64,000 bases of DNA from Trichoplax adhaerens. Taxonomy: Eukaryota > Animalia > Placozoa. The DNA is taken from NCBI RefSeq assembly GCF_000150275.1, contig NW_002060944.1:3014152-3078151 (forward strand), given 5' to 3'. Positions 37,174 through 52,200 of the stretch are shown here, in pieces. Positions within the stretch are counted from its first letter, which is position 1. Each line of letters begins with the position of its first letter. Position numbers and translations under genes: made by a program. The notes under the pieces were generated by a model. That model saw only the letters and a program-made list of their open reading frames with translations, was not told where the DNA came from and did not search any database.

Positions 37174-39106
37174 AACGAATTTTGGATGCTTAAACTTACA
37201 GTCAGGCCAATTTATGGTAAAAACTTTTAAACTTTTATGCGACCTGGACTCAAGCGTCTAAACTTACTGTCGGATTACTGTCTTGTACGTTAGCAAGGTC
37301 ATTCTGTAGTTCTACCTGTATGCATAAACAGTAGAGTATAATATTTGGTAAAGTTCAATCATTCTGAAAGTAACCATCAGAAGTTTAAGAACCGATTGCT
37401 ATATAATATTCCCTAGAGGTGCCAAATCTGGATTTAAAGTCGCCGGCACTGGAAACAAACTACCCTTCCTATACAAGTCTACATTATAGCTCAAACTACT
37501 GGGATGGTGAGAGGTGACAATATGAGCATTGCCCCTTAGGCATTAATCCCTTAAAAGTACTATACTTTCTTACTCTGTTTCACGGTATCATACTGTAAGC
37601 AATACAATGTTCTGGATTTGGAAATCTATAATTCCGTAGCAATTCGATCTGTATGAAATCATCTATATGCTATCAAGCAAATGCTGGACAATATTTATGA
37701 TTTTGCTTTATAGAAAGGTTCTACCTGCCTTTTTGTTGTTTCATTGTGAATTTATCAGCAGAGTAGTCCCTTTCTGTACTTACTTAGAGGCCAAAATCGG
37801 GAGTATCTAATTTAGTTTGATTACTGGTGCATTGTAACAGTATTCAAATTTTAGCTGTAGGAATGAAATTGCTCCATTAATGCCATTAAAGTACTGCAGT
37901 AGTTTACATGGAATTATGATCACTATTCGCGGATTCTATTCAACAGTAGTACACGTACGATGTTGAACATTATACTATCACAAATACAGTACCTTTATGT
38001 GACATTGCTAATTAATAGATTGCTAAATTCTCCCCAGGCTAGTTCCGGTGTTCAGCATGCAGCAAGTCTGTGTTGTATCATTCGAGCAGGATATAATATT
38101 GTAGATATTCACATAATTGAACGCGTTATACTGTACACTATATACTAAGAATTAATCGTTTTGTATGATTTTAACCATGAGACTTGCTTAAAATTTCAAT
38201 TATTATTATTATCCCACTTTCCTGCATAATAATACACTGTGTTCATTTCCGGACTCTGAAAGCATCCAATTCAGTTTTTATTTTATGCTTATCAATATAT
38301 AATTAGTATGCAGAGAGCATCATCTAAAGCTAGAACATTATAACAATTCTATATCCTATTTACAATGATTGCTGCATAAACTTCGGCGCATAAAAACAAT
38401 ACTTGCAATTTTGAAAATTTTACGACCTAAAATGATTTACCAGCACGGTTATATGAGAATTCACACACTACAGATTCTATATAAAACTATAACTCCGTAG
38501 CGTTCATTGTAATGGTCTGCTGTTCCATGCAAAGCAATAAAACTATACCACCCATCAATAATATAGTCAATTAATACAGACTTATTAGAACAAAATTAAA
38601 ATCTAATTACAGCCCAGCAATTGAAAATAACTTAATCCATGCTTTACAAACGTTATTATATTAGCGAAAATAACGAAAGAGCAGTACTATTATTCCTAAT
38701 TTTTGGCTTAATTTATACATTCTAGCCAGGTATCATAGCTTATGAAAGAAATTTTGACACAGATTAATCATTATTATAAAACAAAATTTGCATATTAGAA
38801 CTGTCAATCACGAACATGATAATTCAATTTTAGTATAACTTAACATCTCCAAAGTTATAAATTTCAATTTTATCCAAATAGAACGGATTCATATTATTTC
38901 CATGCAAGCCATCCTGGTTCAAGTTGTATTATTAAGCCATGACTAGGTTAATTTTCGCTCTTAAATAGCACTGAATCATGTGAATTGAATTGCATTTATA
39001 GCAATGTTTCATATTCGGCATGTCTAGAAAATTATCGAAGGATTTAATATCAGTTTCTGAACTATTTAGCACATTCGTCAATGTGAATATTCCTGCATGG
39101 TGTCAC

Positions 39107-40554
39107 TTACATATTATCATCTGATTCTTGTAGGACTTCCAGCATCTTTTGTCGCGTACTTTCGGCCAGACTTCCAGTATCATCTAAGCTTAATCCTTCC
39201 GTGTCGATTGGATCCAAGACCGTCACATACATGTTACCTTCTATTTTGTGGATATTAATAGATACACAGCACTTTAAATTATAACTAATAATTATAATGA
39301 GACTTTTATAGTCCATACAAATCATAAATCAACAAGTATGTACTAGAATCATACAGGGTAACAAAATCTTACATGTACTATATAAAGATGTATGACATAC
39401 AGATACTGATTACACTTAACCTCGTCTCAACTTCTTTTCCTTTCGATTATAGAATTGCTCATAAGGTCGAATTACAACGGGCACAATAGGTATCTGTTGC
39501 ATAGGCCAAACCACACATTAAAAAGGCAACTTTATTCATCAATCATGAGTAGCGCAATGCCTTTATCGCCGTTTGTTAACGATTTCTACTCGTTACAACG
39601 AATTAACTATATATACAGTACTATGCTACTCGTACACCCTATATAATTATGGCTCACTATCAATAAGTCATTTCCTGTACAGCACTGTAAAGGATGGTTC
39701 TGCAGAATTGCCATCAATGCGCTATTACTATAAGACTGTAAAACATTTGCAGTGAAGTGAAATAGAGTACATACATATTTAGCGTTGTATAGTACCTGTG
39801 CTCTAAGAGCTATGTGAAAAGCTCCTTTTTTAAACGGTAACATTCCTTTACCAGTTTGATTTCTCTTCCCTTCTGGGAATACCCATAAATTAAACTGTAT
39901 AAAATAGCACATATTTTTTAGTCATCTTTTTGCTAACGTATTATAAATACAATTTAAGCAATTTCGTTAGCATCCAGAAAGAGTTGGACTGCAAACTGGG
40001 CCTAATCTACTACGAATCTAAAACGATATTCAATATTTACTGACCGATTTCTTTTTCATTTCTTGTATAACTTTATTTAGAGTTTCTACAGCACTGGCGT
40101 GATCTCCACGATCAACGAAAACGGTATGGGTAAGCCATGCTGCTTGTCCGATTATTGGTGTATAGAGTAATTCTTTCTTAGCTACAGCAACCGTTTTTGG
40201 TGGAACAATTCGAAGCAATGGATAAAGATCTAGCGAACTTTGATGGTTGCAAACGATTATATAAGGGCTTTGACATTGCTTGAAATGTTGCAAACCGCGA
40301 GCCTTAACCTTTATATTTAATATTGGTTTAAGTAACCACAATAACGGAATACCAAAGAACTTTGATATATAATAACTGTTTAAATTACGGGGATATACTA
40401 GAGCGATGATCGATACAACATTGGCTAGAATTATAACGATTAGGGTAAAACATCCGAGTCTGACGTAAAAACGTACTGCGCTGGATAGCCAATACATTGC
40501 TGTAACAATTAGCAAAATAGTTACGGCTACGTAGTAGAAATTACTATCGCCCAT
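39107..40554 (-). CDS. 1-acyl-sn-glycerol-3-phosphate acyltransferase (AGPAT1/2-like) paralogue A, at least 4 exons
   Basis: NHQSSLD (motif I), VAKKELLY, VFVDR (motif II), VFPEGKR (motif III), PFKKGAF and IPIVPV (motif IV). First ATG at 40554. Confidence 0.93.
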
Positions 40555-40763
40555 ACTAATCGCAAGTATTAAGCAGCTCCTTTCGAGATAGTAAACCCAA
40601 TTGTAAATATCTGTGCGTCCAGCTTGTAAACTTTTTACGGTCAAATTGGGATTTTGATCAACAGTTTAGACGTTTCGACTTTAGGCCGTCTCATCGAATT
40701 GATAGAATTAAACTAGACAGCGAAACACTATGATCAGTATCAGCAATGCAATGCAAACAGTAA

Positions 40764-41084
40764 ACAATATAGGATACAATCTGATACAATTGGAACAAAA
40801 ATTGTTATAGCTAATTGATGTCCAATGCATTCTGCAAGGGTGACATTATTTTTGTTTCATTTTTATATTAAATAGGAATAGGGAGCAGAATATTTGTCTA
40901 TTTGATTACCTTTTTCTCTCTCCTATATACAACCTGATACAATTGGAACAAAAATTGTTATAGCCAATTGATGTCCGATGCAGTCTAAAAGGGTGACATT
41001 ATTTTTGTTTCATTTTTATATTAAATAGGAATAGGGAGCAGAATATTTGTCTATTTGATCACCTTTTTCTCCCTCCTATATTGT
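40764..41084. repeat. 153-nt direct duplication bounded by an 11-bp inverted repeat
   Basis: 'ctgatacaattggaacaaaaattgtt' at 40781 and 40934. ACAATATAGGA (40764-40774) and TCCTATATTGT (41074-41084) are reverse complements. Confidence 0.8.
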
Positions 41085-41314
41085 AAAGTACGTTAATGTT
41101 GCTATATTGCTGAATCCATCCACTGTACACTATACCGTGAAACACTGCAACATCAGGTGATCTAGACGTTCATTTACCGTTCTGTATAATGTATATATAT
41201 ATTGGACAGTGTCCACGATTTCTTAAGAGGGAAATTCTACAATTCCCTTCAAGTGTCAACATAGAGGTAAACGTAAAATCTCTGTTTACCTCGATGTTCT
41301 AAACGAGGCATACC

Positions 41315-41464
41315 GAAGATAGTATGGTTTATATTATGAGTCATAGAGATAGTGAAGATAGTATCGCTTATATTATGAGTCATGGAGATAGCGAAGACAG
41401 TATGGCTGATATTATGAGTCATGGAGATCGTGAAGAGAGTATGGCCCATATTATGAGTCATGGA
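41315..41464. repeat. Minisatellite, 39-nt unit x4, each with ATGAGTCAT
   Basis: Units start at 41315, 41354, 41393 and 41432. Confidence 0.92.
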
Positions 41465-44400
41465 CTATTAGATGCACCGCAATTTAGTAGTCCTTGACTC
41501 AAGTACAGTACAGTGTCATCAAGTGCGATTCTTACACAGCTTTAAATGGGAATGCGATATTATACACAGCACTGGAGTAATTAATTAAAGTGAGCACAAA
41601 AAAATTACATGTATAGTGCATGGAGCTGAAAAATTAGGCTTCCTATTTTTTCCTACTTTATTCTTTCTTATTGGATGACCTACACCAAATATTATTTAAA
41701 AATATGCATCTGAGAACTAATAACGTGTACTGTACAGTGAGCTAAGTTAAGCTTTTCCCCCAACACACTAGGACGAGCATTTACTCTATTGTACACCTAT
41801 AAATATAATGCTCTACAGTATATCGCTTAGAGCTGGATATGCAATTCGGATCCAGCTAGATGTAAATCAAGCTACCGTTATTTACAGAAATTACAGTTAA
41901 TTTATCCAAAATAATTGCATTAATTCTTCCATTGCACATTATTTATTATTATCATAATTGCTGTACTGTAGTTGATTTTCAACAATTTCGACTCTTCACT
42001 AATTATAATCACACTGAAGTTATTACTAAATTTTCGAAGAAATTGGAGTAGATGAGTGCTCTACAAACATCATCACTTTAATATACTCTATTGGGGTATT
42101 GCATAATGAAATATAGGTTGCAATAAGAAATTAACCAGAGCTGCCTTGTAAAGGACCTAGCTAATAGTACCGACGCATGGCCGTCCTTACTAAAAATGAT
42201 TGACTTATAGGAATCAATTTTCATCTTGCAATCTTACCGCATTGTAGACGGGTTATACACATACAGTAGCTGGTTACGACAATAATGACTTGAATTAGCA
42301 TTTAGGCTTTGAAATCATTTCAATTTGCTATGAACAAAAAACTGGGTATTAAGTATCTTAAAAGCTATAAAATATTCTTTTTCCCCTTTTAATTTAACTT
42401 AAAGAGTACCTAATGAAACGCTTGCTAACCGATCGATAAATCAAAGGTATAAGATGAATATCGATTAACAATTATATTACCATACCTGCAAATTAAATCA
42501 ACTCATGCCTTTTCCTAGTAGCCCATAATGTATAATATAAAATAAAATCGACTTCAAATCAAATGTTATTTTTAGATACGTAGTATGCATGCAGCTTAGT
42601 CAATCGTACAAGATCTTAACCATAAACGAATGAAAGGTGCCATAAATATTTATAAAGATTTCTTAAAAATAACTAACTGTAAGGGATTGAAATCATATAT
42701 CAAACGATCTCAATGCATAGAAATTCCTAGTACAATTGGTCTACGGCTAAATTCTGGTATCAGAATTAAAGAATAACAAAGCCAAGACTATGGAATTGAG
42801 TACTATAATTAAGAATTCGCCTTTCTGAACTGGCAAATAATTATGATGAATGATAAACAATATTTATATCGGACAAAAAAATAAAAACAAACATCCGTAT
42901 ATAAATAAATACATATTTAAGATAAGAAAATTATTCAACTAAAATATCTTCAAGCCTGGTTATTCTTGCTTACGTTCGTACCGTAATTTCGTATATACTT
43001 ACAATGTACGAATAACGACTTATGAACTACCGTTAAACTTCAGATAGTCTTTTATGTCGCGTAATAATGCAGCAATTACCAACTTTATGTAGTCTCTGTA
43101 AGAGGAATGTCTAATGTTGTAGAGCACACTACTATTAATACTAGAATACATTCCACTCGATGTAACAGTACCGTATCATCCAGGTATAGGTAGAACGTAC
43201 CTGCGGAATTATACTGTTTTGCTACTACTTCCGAAGATCATATCAGCTTGTACATTTATACGATCTCGGACTTGGCCCAGAGTAAGCATCATTATTTAAC
43301 CTGATTTATATGCGTTACTATTGTTTCAGAGCAGTTACTGTAATAGCTTACTAAATGTAGATACCATACACTACGCGCCGTGTTATTGATATAATATGCT
43401 GAATTAATAATTTGAAGTGAAAATATTTTAATAATGCAAATAGAATTTGTAAGAAAAAGCTGTAAAAACTTTGCTAAGTTGCATTACGCTCAGCAAACGT
43501 ACGTTATTACATATTTATATGTATAGCAACGTAACGTAGATCCGTATCTCCAACTGAGGTGAGTGAAATATCTATCCGGAGATTTCTAATGTGGCATACA
43601 AGTAACAATGAAAAAGTATCAACAGCTTAAAAAATAATCGCGAATTTACGACTGTTAAATTCTATTCAGTAACTGGCAGAATCCTATAAATTAAATTAAA
43701 TTTCTGGAATCACTCTATACAATACTGCATATATAAATATACAAAAAGATTCTATGCTAAAACGCCGTATGTGTTAAGAAATCTCGATTACTAGATGAAT
43801 TTGCTAGATCATGGCAAAGCACAATCTCAATATATTTGCAATATTCTACGACAGTCAAATAGCGTACAAATGGGGTAATATTAACAACCCAAGGGTCAGA
43901 ATTTATTTCCTGTATTGCCCGTAATTATATTATAGTACAATTACAGAACAAAATAAAATCGCCATTAATTTCTGATTCATCAAGCACAAAAATAAAAATT
44001 CTATTCAATTTAAATCAGACTGAAAATCTTTAGCGTTGACATAAAATTGATATCTGATTCATCAAAATTTAAAAATATGATATTGTTAAAAGTTGAAAGC
44101 TAGGGGTAAAGATAAGCTTTACGAAATAGCAACTACGGTAATTCGTATTGATAAAACAATCTTCAGTTAAAAAGTTAGATGCAAATTGGTAATAAAATAT
44201 AATTTACATCACCTAATGTAATTGCTTTTAAGTGTACATACATAGTACCAGCAATGTATTCATTTAGGAACTGTTCCTTTATTACAATAACGGTATGTAA
44301 TCCGAAGCTCTGCAATCATTTGAAAGACGATGACAATTAGTATGTACTATAAAATTTAACAGTTAACTATACTATCCACATATTTGACTTTGTATCTTAA

Positions 44401-44478
44401 AGGAATATTGTTATACCATATGAAAAAGCCCGATAGCTAATACATACTCATATACGATAATAATACAATCCATGGTAC

Positions 44479-46258
44479 TCACATTCTCTTTTCGCCTCGC
44501 ACTTTCAACATTTTTTCTCGAGTATCTTCCGCTAATCTAGTAACATCATCGCTAGTTAGATCCTTTGTTTCGATAGGTTCCATTACTGTTATGTACATAT
44601 CACACACTAAATGTAAAGAAATAGAAATGATGCAGCTTCAAAACAAAAATTCAATTTCACGGAGGCAAATGATCAATTAGTACACAAATATAGTGCTACT
44701 ATTGTCAATGCGAAAGTTTCCAACAGGACCTACCTCTATCTAGTTTCTTTTCATTGTAGATATAAAAATCACTATATGGAGCTATAACAATAGGTATTAT
44801 AGGAATCTGCCAAAGCACGCATTGTACATATAATGCATAAGGAAGAACAGGTAAAATTAATTTCTTAACTTAGTAACTTTCAAATAAGTCGTTTATCGAA
44901 GAATCATAAAGACTATCAAGAAACACAAATACGATTACATACGGTATCTAATTTAGTCAGTTTGTCAATATCGTACTATTATTAAAGTTGGTCGTAGCCA
45001 CTACGTGCTTAGCTTACGTTGACTATTCAATATCAAGCTACCAAAGGTAATTGTTCGTCTAAATTTTGAACTGTATGCACTAGCTTATACAGTACTCCCA
45101 CTAGCTACAATATACGTATATCAGCTGCCATTCAATATGTTGAGCCTGTCAATGAAAATGCATGGTTCATACTCTAACATCTACACATATTTGTCGTAGG
45201 ACGCTAGTAAATTAAGTTGGTAACGTAGATATATTATTTCTTTTAAATATAAAGACGAATGTGAATATAAAGTGTAAAGAGTTGTTACCGTTTAATATCA
45301 TAAAAGCTAATGCAATATACGCTGATAGGGTACGGTCTCTATTTTTTATATGACCTGATGCTTTTGACAATTTTCTTGATTAATACCTATACGACTATAC
45401 TATCTGAATTTTATACAATCACATTATCAATATAAGGATCATATAGTGTATAACCATCACTGTTACCTGAGCCTTAACAGCTAGATGAAAAGCCCCTTTC
45501 TTAAACGGCAGTAAACCGTCATGCTTGAAGTTTCTTGTACCTTCTGGGAATACCCATAGATTGAACTGGATTTTTATAAGACAACATTAGATTCATGTTA
45601 TAATACTGTTGCTACTTGAAGATATTATTCTGCCTCAATTACATCACATTAACATACAGAAACACGTTAACATGTTTAGATAGCAATTGATTAGATGCAT
45701 TAAGTTTGGAGTAACCTATACAATTATATATTACGTTACCTTTTTCTTTTTCATGTCATCGATGACCTTGTTAAATGTTTGCATGGTAGTATCATGGTCT
45801 TTTCGATCAATGAATACTGTTTGTATTAGCCATGCAGCTTGGCCAAATACCGGCACATAAAGTAAAGCTTTCTTCGCTAATGTAACGGTTCTAGGTGGAA
45901 GAATTCGGAATAATGGATATAAGTCCAGCGAGCTTTGGTGATTGCACGCTATTATATACGGACTGGAGCATTTGTAGAGGTGTTCTAGACCACGTACGCG
46001 AACACCGACTTGTAAGATAGGGCTGACCAACCAGAACAGTGGTACTCCACAATATTTAGCTAAGAAGTAGTTATTGATGTTGCCAGGTTTGATGCAAGCC
46101 AATAAAATTAAATACGCAGCACACATGAAAATAACTGCATGATACGTTACAAGCCTGACATAAAAGCGGCAAGTACTGGATAACATATGTGCCAAGCATA
46201 ATACCGCTATCCCCATGGCAAGCACAGTATGATAATCGTAAAGAGCACTTAATGACAT
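44479..46258 (-). CDS. 1-acyl-sn-glycerol-3-phosphate acyltransferase (AGPAT1/2-like) paralogue B, at least 4 exons
   Basis: NHQSSLD, VFIDR, VFPEGTR, PFKKGAF and IPIIPIV. Exon structure matches paralogue A. Confidence 0.93.
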
Positions 46259-47494
46259 GTTGTCATCTGATTAGAACTGTACATTAATTTGCCAAAAACG
46301 CCTTTGGTAGGTGTCAATCCCGTCGTAATATACTCCTAACACGCCTGGAAAAGGAGCCCCTGTGCCGAATATCGATCTAAATGACATGAAATCGTGATAG
46401 AGTTCGGTAAGGATATAAAATAATATACGCCCTATACTTGCAGTAGCTATAGCTGACTTAAAGTAAACTAAGCAGTGTGTGCTTTACTGATTTTAGCAAT
46501 GTTTCAATCTATATCGAGAAGGCAAGGCAAGAATGTAATTATACTCTGTTGTAATATGCTGATCTTAGCAAAAGTTTGTAGTGTCAAGATAAAGCAACGT
46601 TGACTTTCTACATCGTAATACGTAAAATATTGCAGTGTAATAACCTATGAACTTCTTACCTAATGGCAAACTTTGAAGGAATTTCTACTTTTAGCCATAC
46701 CTATATTATTTTGAAAGATGGAAATGTTACAATAGTTTTGAAGTATTTAATGACTTCATTACGAGTATAACATGAGATATTCAAATTCAGATCACAGATC
46801 AGCATGTATAGAAATCAATGATTTCACTGCTTAATATACTTTTACTGTAGTACTGACATGCTATGCTCAAACAGTCTCTCTTGCCTCCTTCATGCTGTAC
46901 TTTAAATAAATAAAGAGTAAATAATATCAAATAGAAATACTTTGCGAGAAGATGCGGGAAGGTTTGATGCAGCACATTAGGCCAGTTTGTGAACTTTCCG
47001 CTACAGTATTACCGCGTAGACTGTACAGTACAGTATACTGACGACTACAGTATACAGTACTGTAGTCATACTGTAGACTCGATGATTGTAGTTCATTAGC
47101 ATACGCCTTCTACAACATGGCATACAGCCTAATAGCTCTTGTCGTTATGGTTTAGAAGTGATATGAACTTAACCGTAATGATGTCTAATTTAATTACATA
47201 CATCATGGACTATTAGAATTATTTTATTGTAGTAGACCATGTAAACATTCACTGAATGAATAATTGCCAATTTCCGTAAAAGAGCTATGAATCACGTTGT
47301 ACTGTACTATGATAGCTCGTGGCAGGGGGCCCTTTTAGGGCTTCCTCTAGTACTGTCCTTTTTATAGTAGAGTACATAAAAGTTCGCTTGTAAAATACAT
47401 CACTCAGTATTCTCGATTTATATTCACAGCAGAGGTCTACAACGTCTAATGAACTATGTCCCATCCCGTTCCATCCCAAATCAACTCCCTACGG

Positions 47495-47900
47495 TAGCTC
47501 AGACCGTTCTATCAAGTCTAATGTACTGTCTATGAGTATATATTTGAAGTGGTTCGCTTATATTCTTTATAAAATGTATGTATCATCAATTCATACGCTA
47601 ACTCAGACCGCTCTATCACGTCTACAGTATAATAATACATGGTGACTACAGATTCCCGACGACCGATATTAAAATATCTAAATTTCAAATTCAATTCTTC
47701 AAGTTTAGCCATATAGTCCATGGTATATATTTTAAATGGTTCGCTTAGAAAATATATCACCAATTTATACATTAGCTCAGTCCGCTCTATCACGTCTACA
47801 GTATAATAATATATGACGACTACAGATTCCCGACGACCGATATTAAAATATCAAAATTTCAAATTCAATTCTTCAAGCTTAGCCATGTAATCTATGGTTT
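47495..47900. repeat. Tandem repeat, about 174-nt unit (2 copies plus 1 truncated)
   Basis: 'ctcag(a/t)ccg(c/t)tctatca' at 47498, 47602 and 47776. Confidence 0.85.
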
Positions 47901-49279
47901 AGTGTAGTTTAGTTTCAATTTTCGCTTCATTTACGTCTTTAAGCTAAAAATAAATATATTATATCAGTACATCTCGTTCATTTATCTGGTAAATAGCGAT
48001 ACCTAGTAGTGGCGCGTAAACATACTGTAAATACTCTACCGGTTTCGAGAATACTAGTGGAAGCCACACTCGTTATTATACGTGCTGGATTTGTGCGTAC
48101 TCTACGCGTATCTACTACCGTATTTGCACATTTTACTACATCATTTCTTGCAGTCTCTGCAGTCTACTCTTGACCCAACTCGTACAAAGCATAGAAATTT
48201 CGCATTGAATCCTAAAACTGTTTCATTGATAGACCAAGTTGAACACAGTACATCCCAAGTGTACTAATGCCAGCAACAATGATATCATTATATTTCAAAA
48301 CATTCTTCGACAACGATGTACCATTTTATTCTTTATTGCAGCAGCACAACAGCGTCCCATAATTGCTTAGCAACCCAATTGATATCTTCAATCTCAATGA
48401 CAGACGAAAAGAAGACAATACTAACAGTATTGACTTCTAACAGGACAATCCCAACCAAATGGTACAAATTTACATAACAAGAGGCAATTACCCACATCAA
48501 TTTTTGATATGCAGTACTAAAGATGATTGGTAGTCATTTTCCTTCTCCATTGTCTTATCTCCTACACTTAAATCGAAATTGTCATTTGAATAGCAGATCG
48601 TGAAAAAAGACAATATCATCATTCCATTCATCACATGGATTAAGTCCTTCATTACTATTGTAATTTTCATCATCAAAGAACGGTTATTTAAATTGTAGTT
48701 GATTTTTATTCCATTCTTAATCGGAATAACAAAGTCTTTCCAGTTAACCGATTACTGTTTCATTAACGTAGACTTCTATCTTGGCTATATGCAGTACTCT
48801 ATCATAATGTTCGTTATGTGCAGTATTTACAGTCTTAATTTAGGCTATCAGTCAACAGTAGTAGAGAATGAAGGTTGATAATTATAATAACTATTATTGC
48901 CAATTGCGAAGGCGTACCGCAGCGATATAGAAATATTGCATCGATAGTATCAATGCACTCTATATTCCTATAGTGTGTTTTGTAATGCGTAGCAACCGAT
49001 CTACGGGGTATAATCTACGTGTACTACGTAGAATATAGTCTATTGTAACTTTCTCCTACTTATTTTGACTTTCAACTATAGTCCGTTAATAATTAATCAA
49101 TGATAGCGTAGTATTTACGGACCTCATCATTACTGATATTGAATTGCTATTAATTGTATGGGTAAATGAATTTCAAGCCAGAATAGCCTATAAATCAGGG
49201 AAAAGATTGTTGTTCCATGATAATCACTCTTATCAATTATTCCCGCAAGACTGTAACAAAATTATGATTATAAAGTGGA

Positions 49280-52200
49280 ATGTATAATATGAGATTTAAT
49301 CGTGTGAATCTAGACGATTTACAACATTTTATTACTCAAGGAGATGAAGAAAAGGTAGCTGCTATCCTTCAGCGTTTAGTTGACGATGTTCACATTAAGA
49401 AGGACATTTGTACATCCTATTTCAATAATGTAAGCAACAAATCCAAAATTTTACTGGGCTTATTTAAATTACTGCAATCACTAAGGCCAAGGTAAGCTAG
49501 TGTTAAGATCCTAACTTTCAATTTTTGTAATGCGATATCTTAGAACAAGGAAGTTATTGCTACTATTACATTCTATCAATAAGGAATCGATTTTTATAAA
49601 TAGTAGATGCAATAACCAAGTCTAGCCGTCATTTCGTTATAGTAATCTGCATCTTTAAAGTAAAACTTACTCCTAGTTTATTAGTAAAATTAAAACTAAA
49701 CAAATTGCAGTTATTGTGATTGTCTGTTATTGGACTCTCTGAGTAGAAGGGTTGGCGATACTGAAAACTATTGACGATGTTGATGTAGTCCTGTAACACG
49801 ATATGGGCAGAAGCTATGCCATGACAGTATCAACCAAGTCTTACTTAAACTTCATTAGAGTCTTATGAATTTTCCCAATCTATCGTTACCTATATTCTAT
49901 AAAACTTCATCAGCTTTTATCATTTTATCGCTTAAGAATGTTCATATCGTATTTCGCTTAATCTGAAATAGAATCTTTTAAAAATGAATTAACTACTATA
50001 TTCCATTTTCATACACAGCCGTATCAAACACTTTCTACGCTTTACGTAACCCTTTAAATCAATCTATTTTGACGCTATCTGGCATTATTTTTTCTCCTTA
50101 AAGAGATAGATAGCTTTAAAACAAAACGATTGGCCTATAAAATATTGATCTTTCTCATACTAATTAATGTTTATTCTTCTTCACTGGCTGATGGTTATCA
50201 TTCTTTATTTACCGATATTCTACCTATAATAACTACTATAATAGGACAGAATCGATTTCAATATTTTGAAAGATCTGTAATTTCTATCGCTCAAATCCTA
50301 AAATTGTCGTGATACATTATAATATATGATCAAAGAAGTAGGAGTGTTGTTGTAGAAGGAATGAAATTTAGATTATCTCTTAGAGTTAAAATCATAAAAC
50401 TATGATTGTACTTATAAGCGGTAACACCAAACTTACCTTTTTCGTAAACCTATCCTACTTATATATATACACGTAGTTTAAACAGTATATACGAACATAA
50501 AAGCTGTTTCATCTCAGCCATTATTCAGCCTACTTAAAACATACACAAGTAATAACTTTTTTATCGCAAGAAGAATAAACGGTTTCCTTGTTAACAAAAT
50601 CACCTTTGTTATTAAACCCAAATCAACTGAGTTAACAAACAGTGTTACTACATATTCTGATTATTTTTTTTGAGTAGGTTAGCTGGGAATGCATCTTATA
50701 TTATCGGTACCTTGGCTGAAAGTGAAGTTTATCGACATGAAATTATGAATTTGTTGTTAAATTCGTCTAAAGGTGCCATCAAAAATGCATTAAAGAATTT
50801 AACCTCTATGATGCTTGCGGATGACGATGAGACCATTATTAACGCTGCCGGCACCCTAGGAACTTTGGTAAATCAATAACAATGAAAATAAACCTTTATT
50901 ATTGTTATATTTACTTCTTTTACTAGATAAATATTACAGTAATCGGTCGCAATTGCTGTTTCAAAGTGTTAGATGGCCAGGAAAATGGCAAATACCTTGT
51001 ACTTTATCTCTTAACTTGTGATATTTTAAGGGAGCATAGAAAGCTGACGTGTTAATGATAACACATTTATTATTACAACAATATTATAATTACGTAAAGT
51101 TATGTGGTTGTAATGCAGTATATGAATTTTATCCTATTGCATTCTTCACTCCATTATGTCGTTAGAAATGTCATCATAGATTATAGGAGAATTTAATACA
51201 ATAGCAAGTTAATTTACTTATTATTGTACTTCTTATAAAATTACCGTAAAGTGTACATTATAGTATAGAGTGCTGTATAGTTATATCGAATTATTGAAGA
51301 TACTGTAGCTTAAATTCTAATTAAAGACCGTATAGAATACGATAACTTAAGCGAATTAGCATTTGTAATAGTTAACTACCGTTAAGATAGTGAGGGATTA
51401 ATCTTCATTCTTCTATTAACAAATACACAACTAGCAATTTATATACCACGGCGAGAGAGTGCAAATGACAATATAATAATATAATTTTGTAAATATATTT
51501 CTAGAACTTGACCAAAGTGACTACGTCACTATAATAAGGACATTGATTAAAAATTTTATGCCGTTATAATTTTTTTGAGCGATATTTTCTAACAGTGAAT
51601 CTACACTTATTTATATTCCATTACAGGCTGAAAGTTCAGAAGGTCGTAACTGGATAGTGAACCAGGATATAATTTCTCATACTATCAGCTCAATAACCAA
51701 TCTCCTATCTTCTAGAAATTTGTGGATAGCAAATAATGCTGCCCTTGTTTTAGCAAGGTATATATATCCTCCTCATCTATCTCGCATTTAAATTATACAT
51801 GTAATAGAGTAATGGATTAAGGAAGTAAGTGTATTGCCTTGAGTGTATATATATACAAAGTTAACGAATAATTTAATTTGCGTAGACTGACGATTTCAGA
51901 AGTAGGTTGCAAAGTTATAATTAATCATCGCGATTCAGATCGCATATTAAGCGAATTAATAGAGGCCTTAGGTGCTGATAAAGCAGGTATATAAATGAAT
52001 TGAATTTAAATGAATTCAAGATACTCACTACCTTGTAATTCTTAGAGTCAATCCATGACTGATATATTCCACTGGTATTTCAATTTTAGGAAGAGGTATG
52101 AATGCAGCCTTTGCTGTTGGTAGAATGTGCGATATTAAGGAGTCTAGATCTAAGCTATTAGCTCTTGATAATAGCCCAAAAATGGTACGTATAGTAATGG

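Noticed and set aside
41249-41461. 13-aa repeat ORF (MTHNISHT...)
   Set aside because: It is a translation of the 39-nt minisatellite.
48397-48461. ATG exon MTDEKKTIL... as start of the ARM-FN3 gene
   Set aside because: Its phase does not join the 49313 exon directly, so the start is left unresolved.
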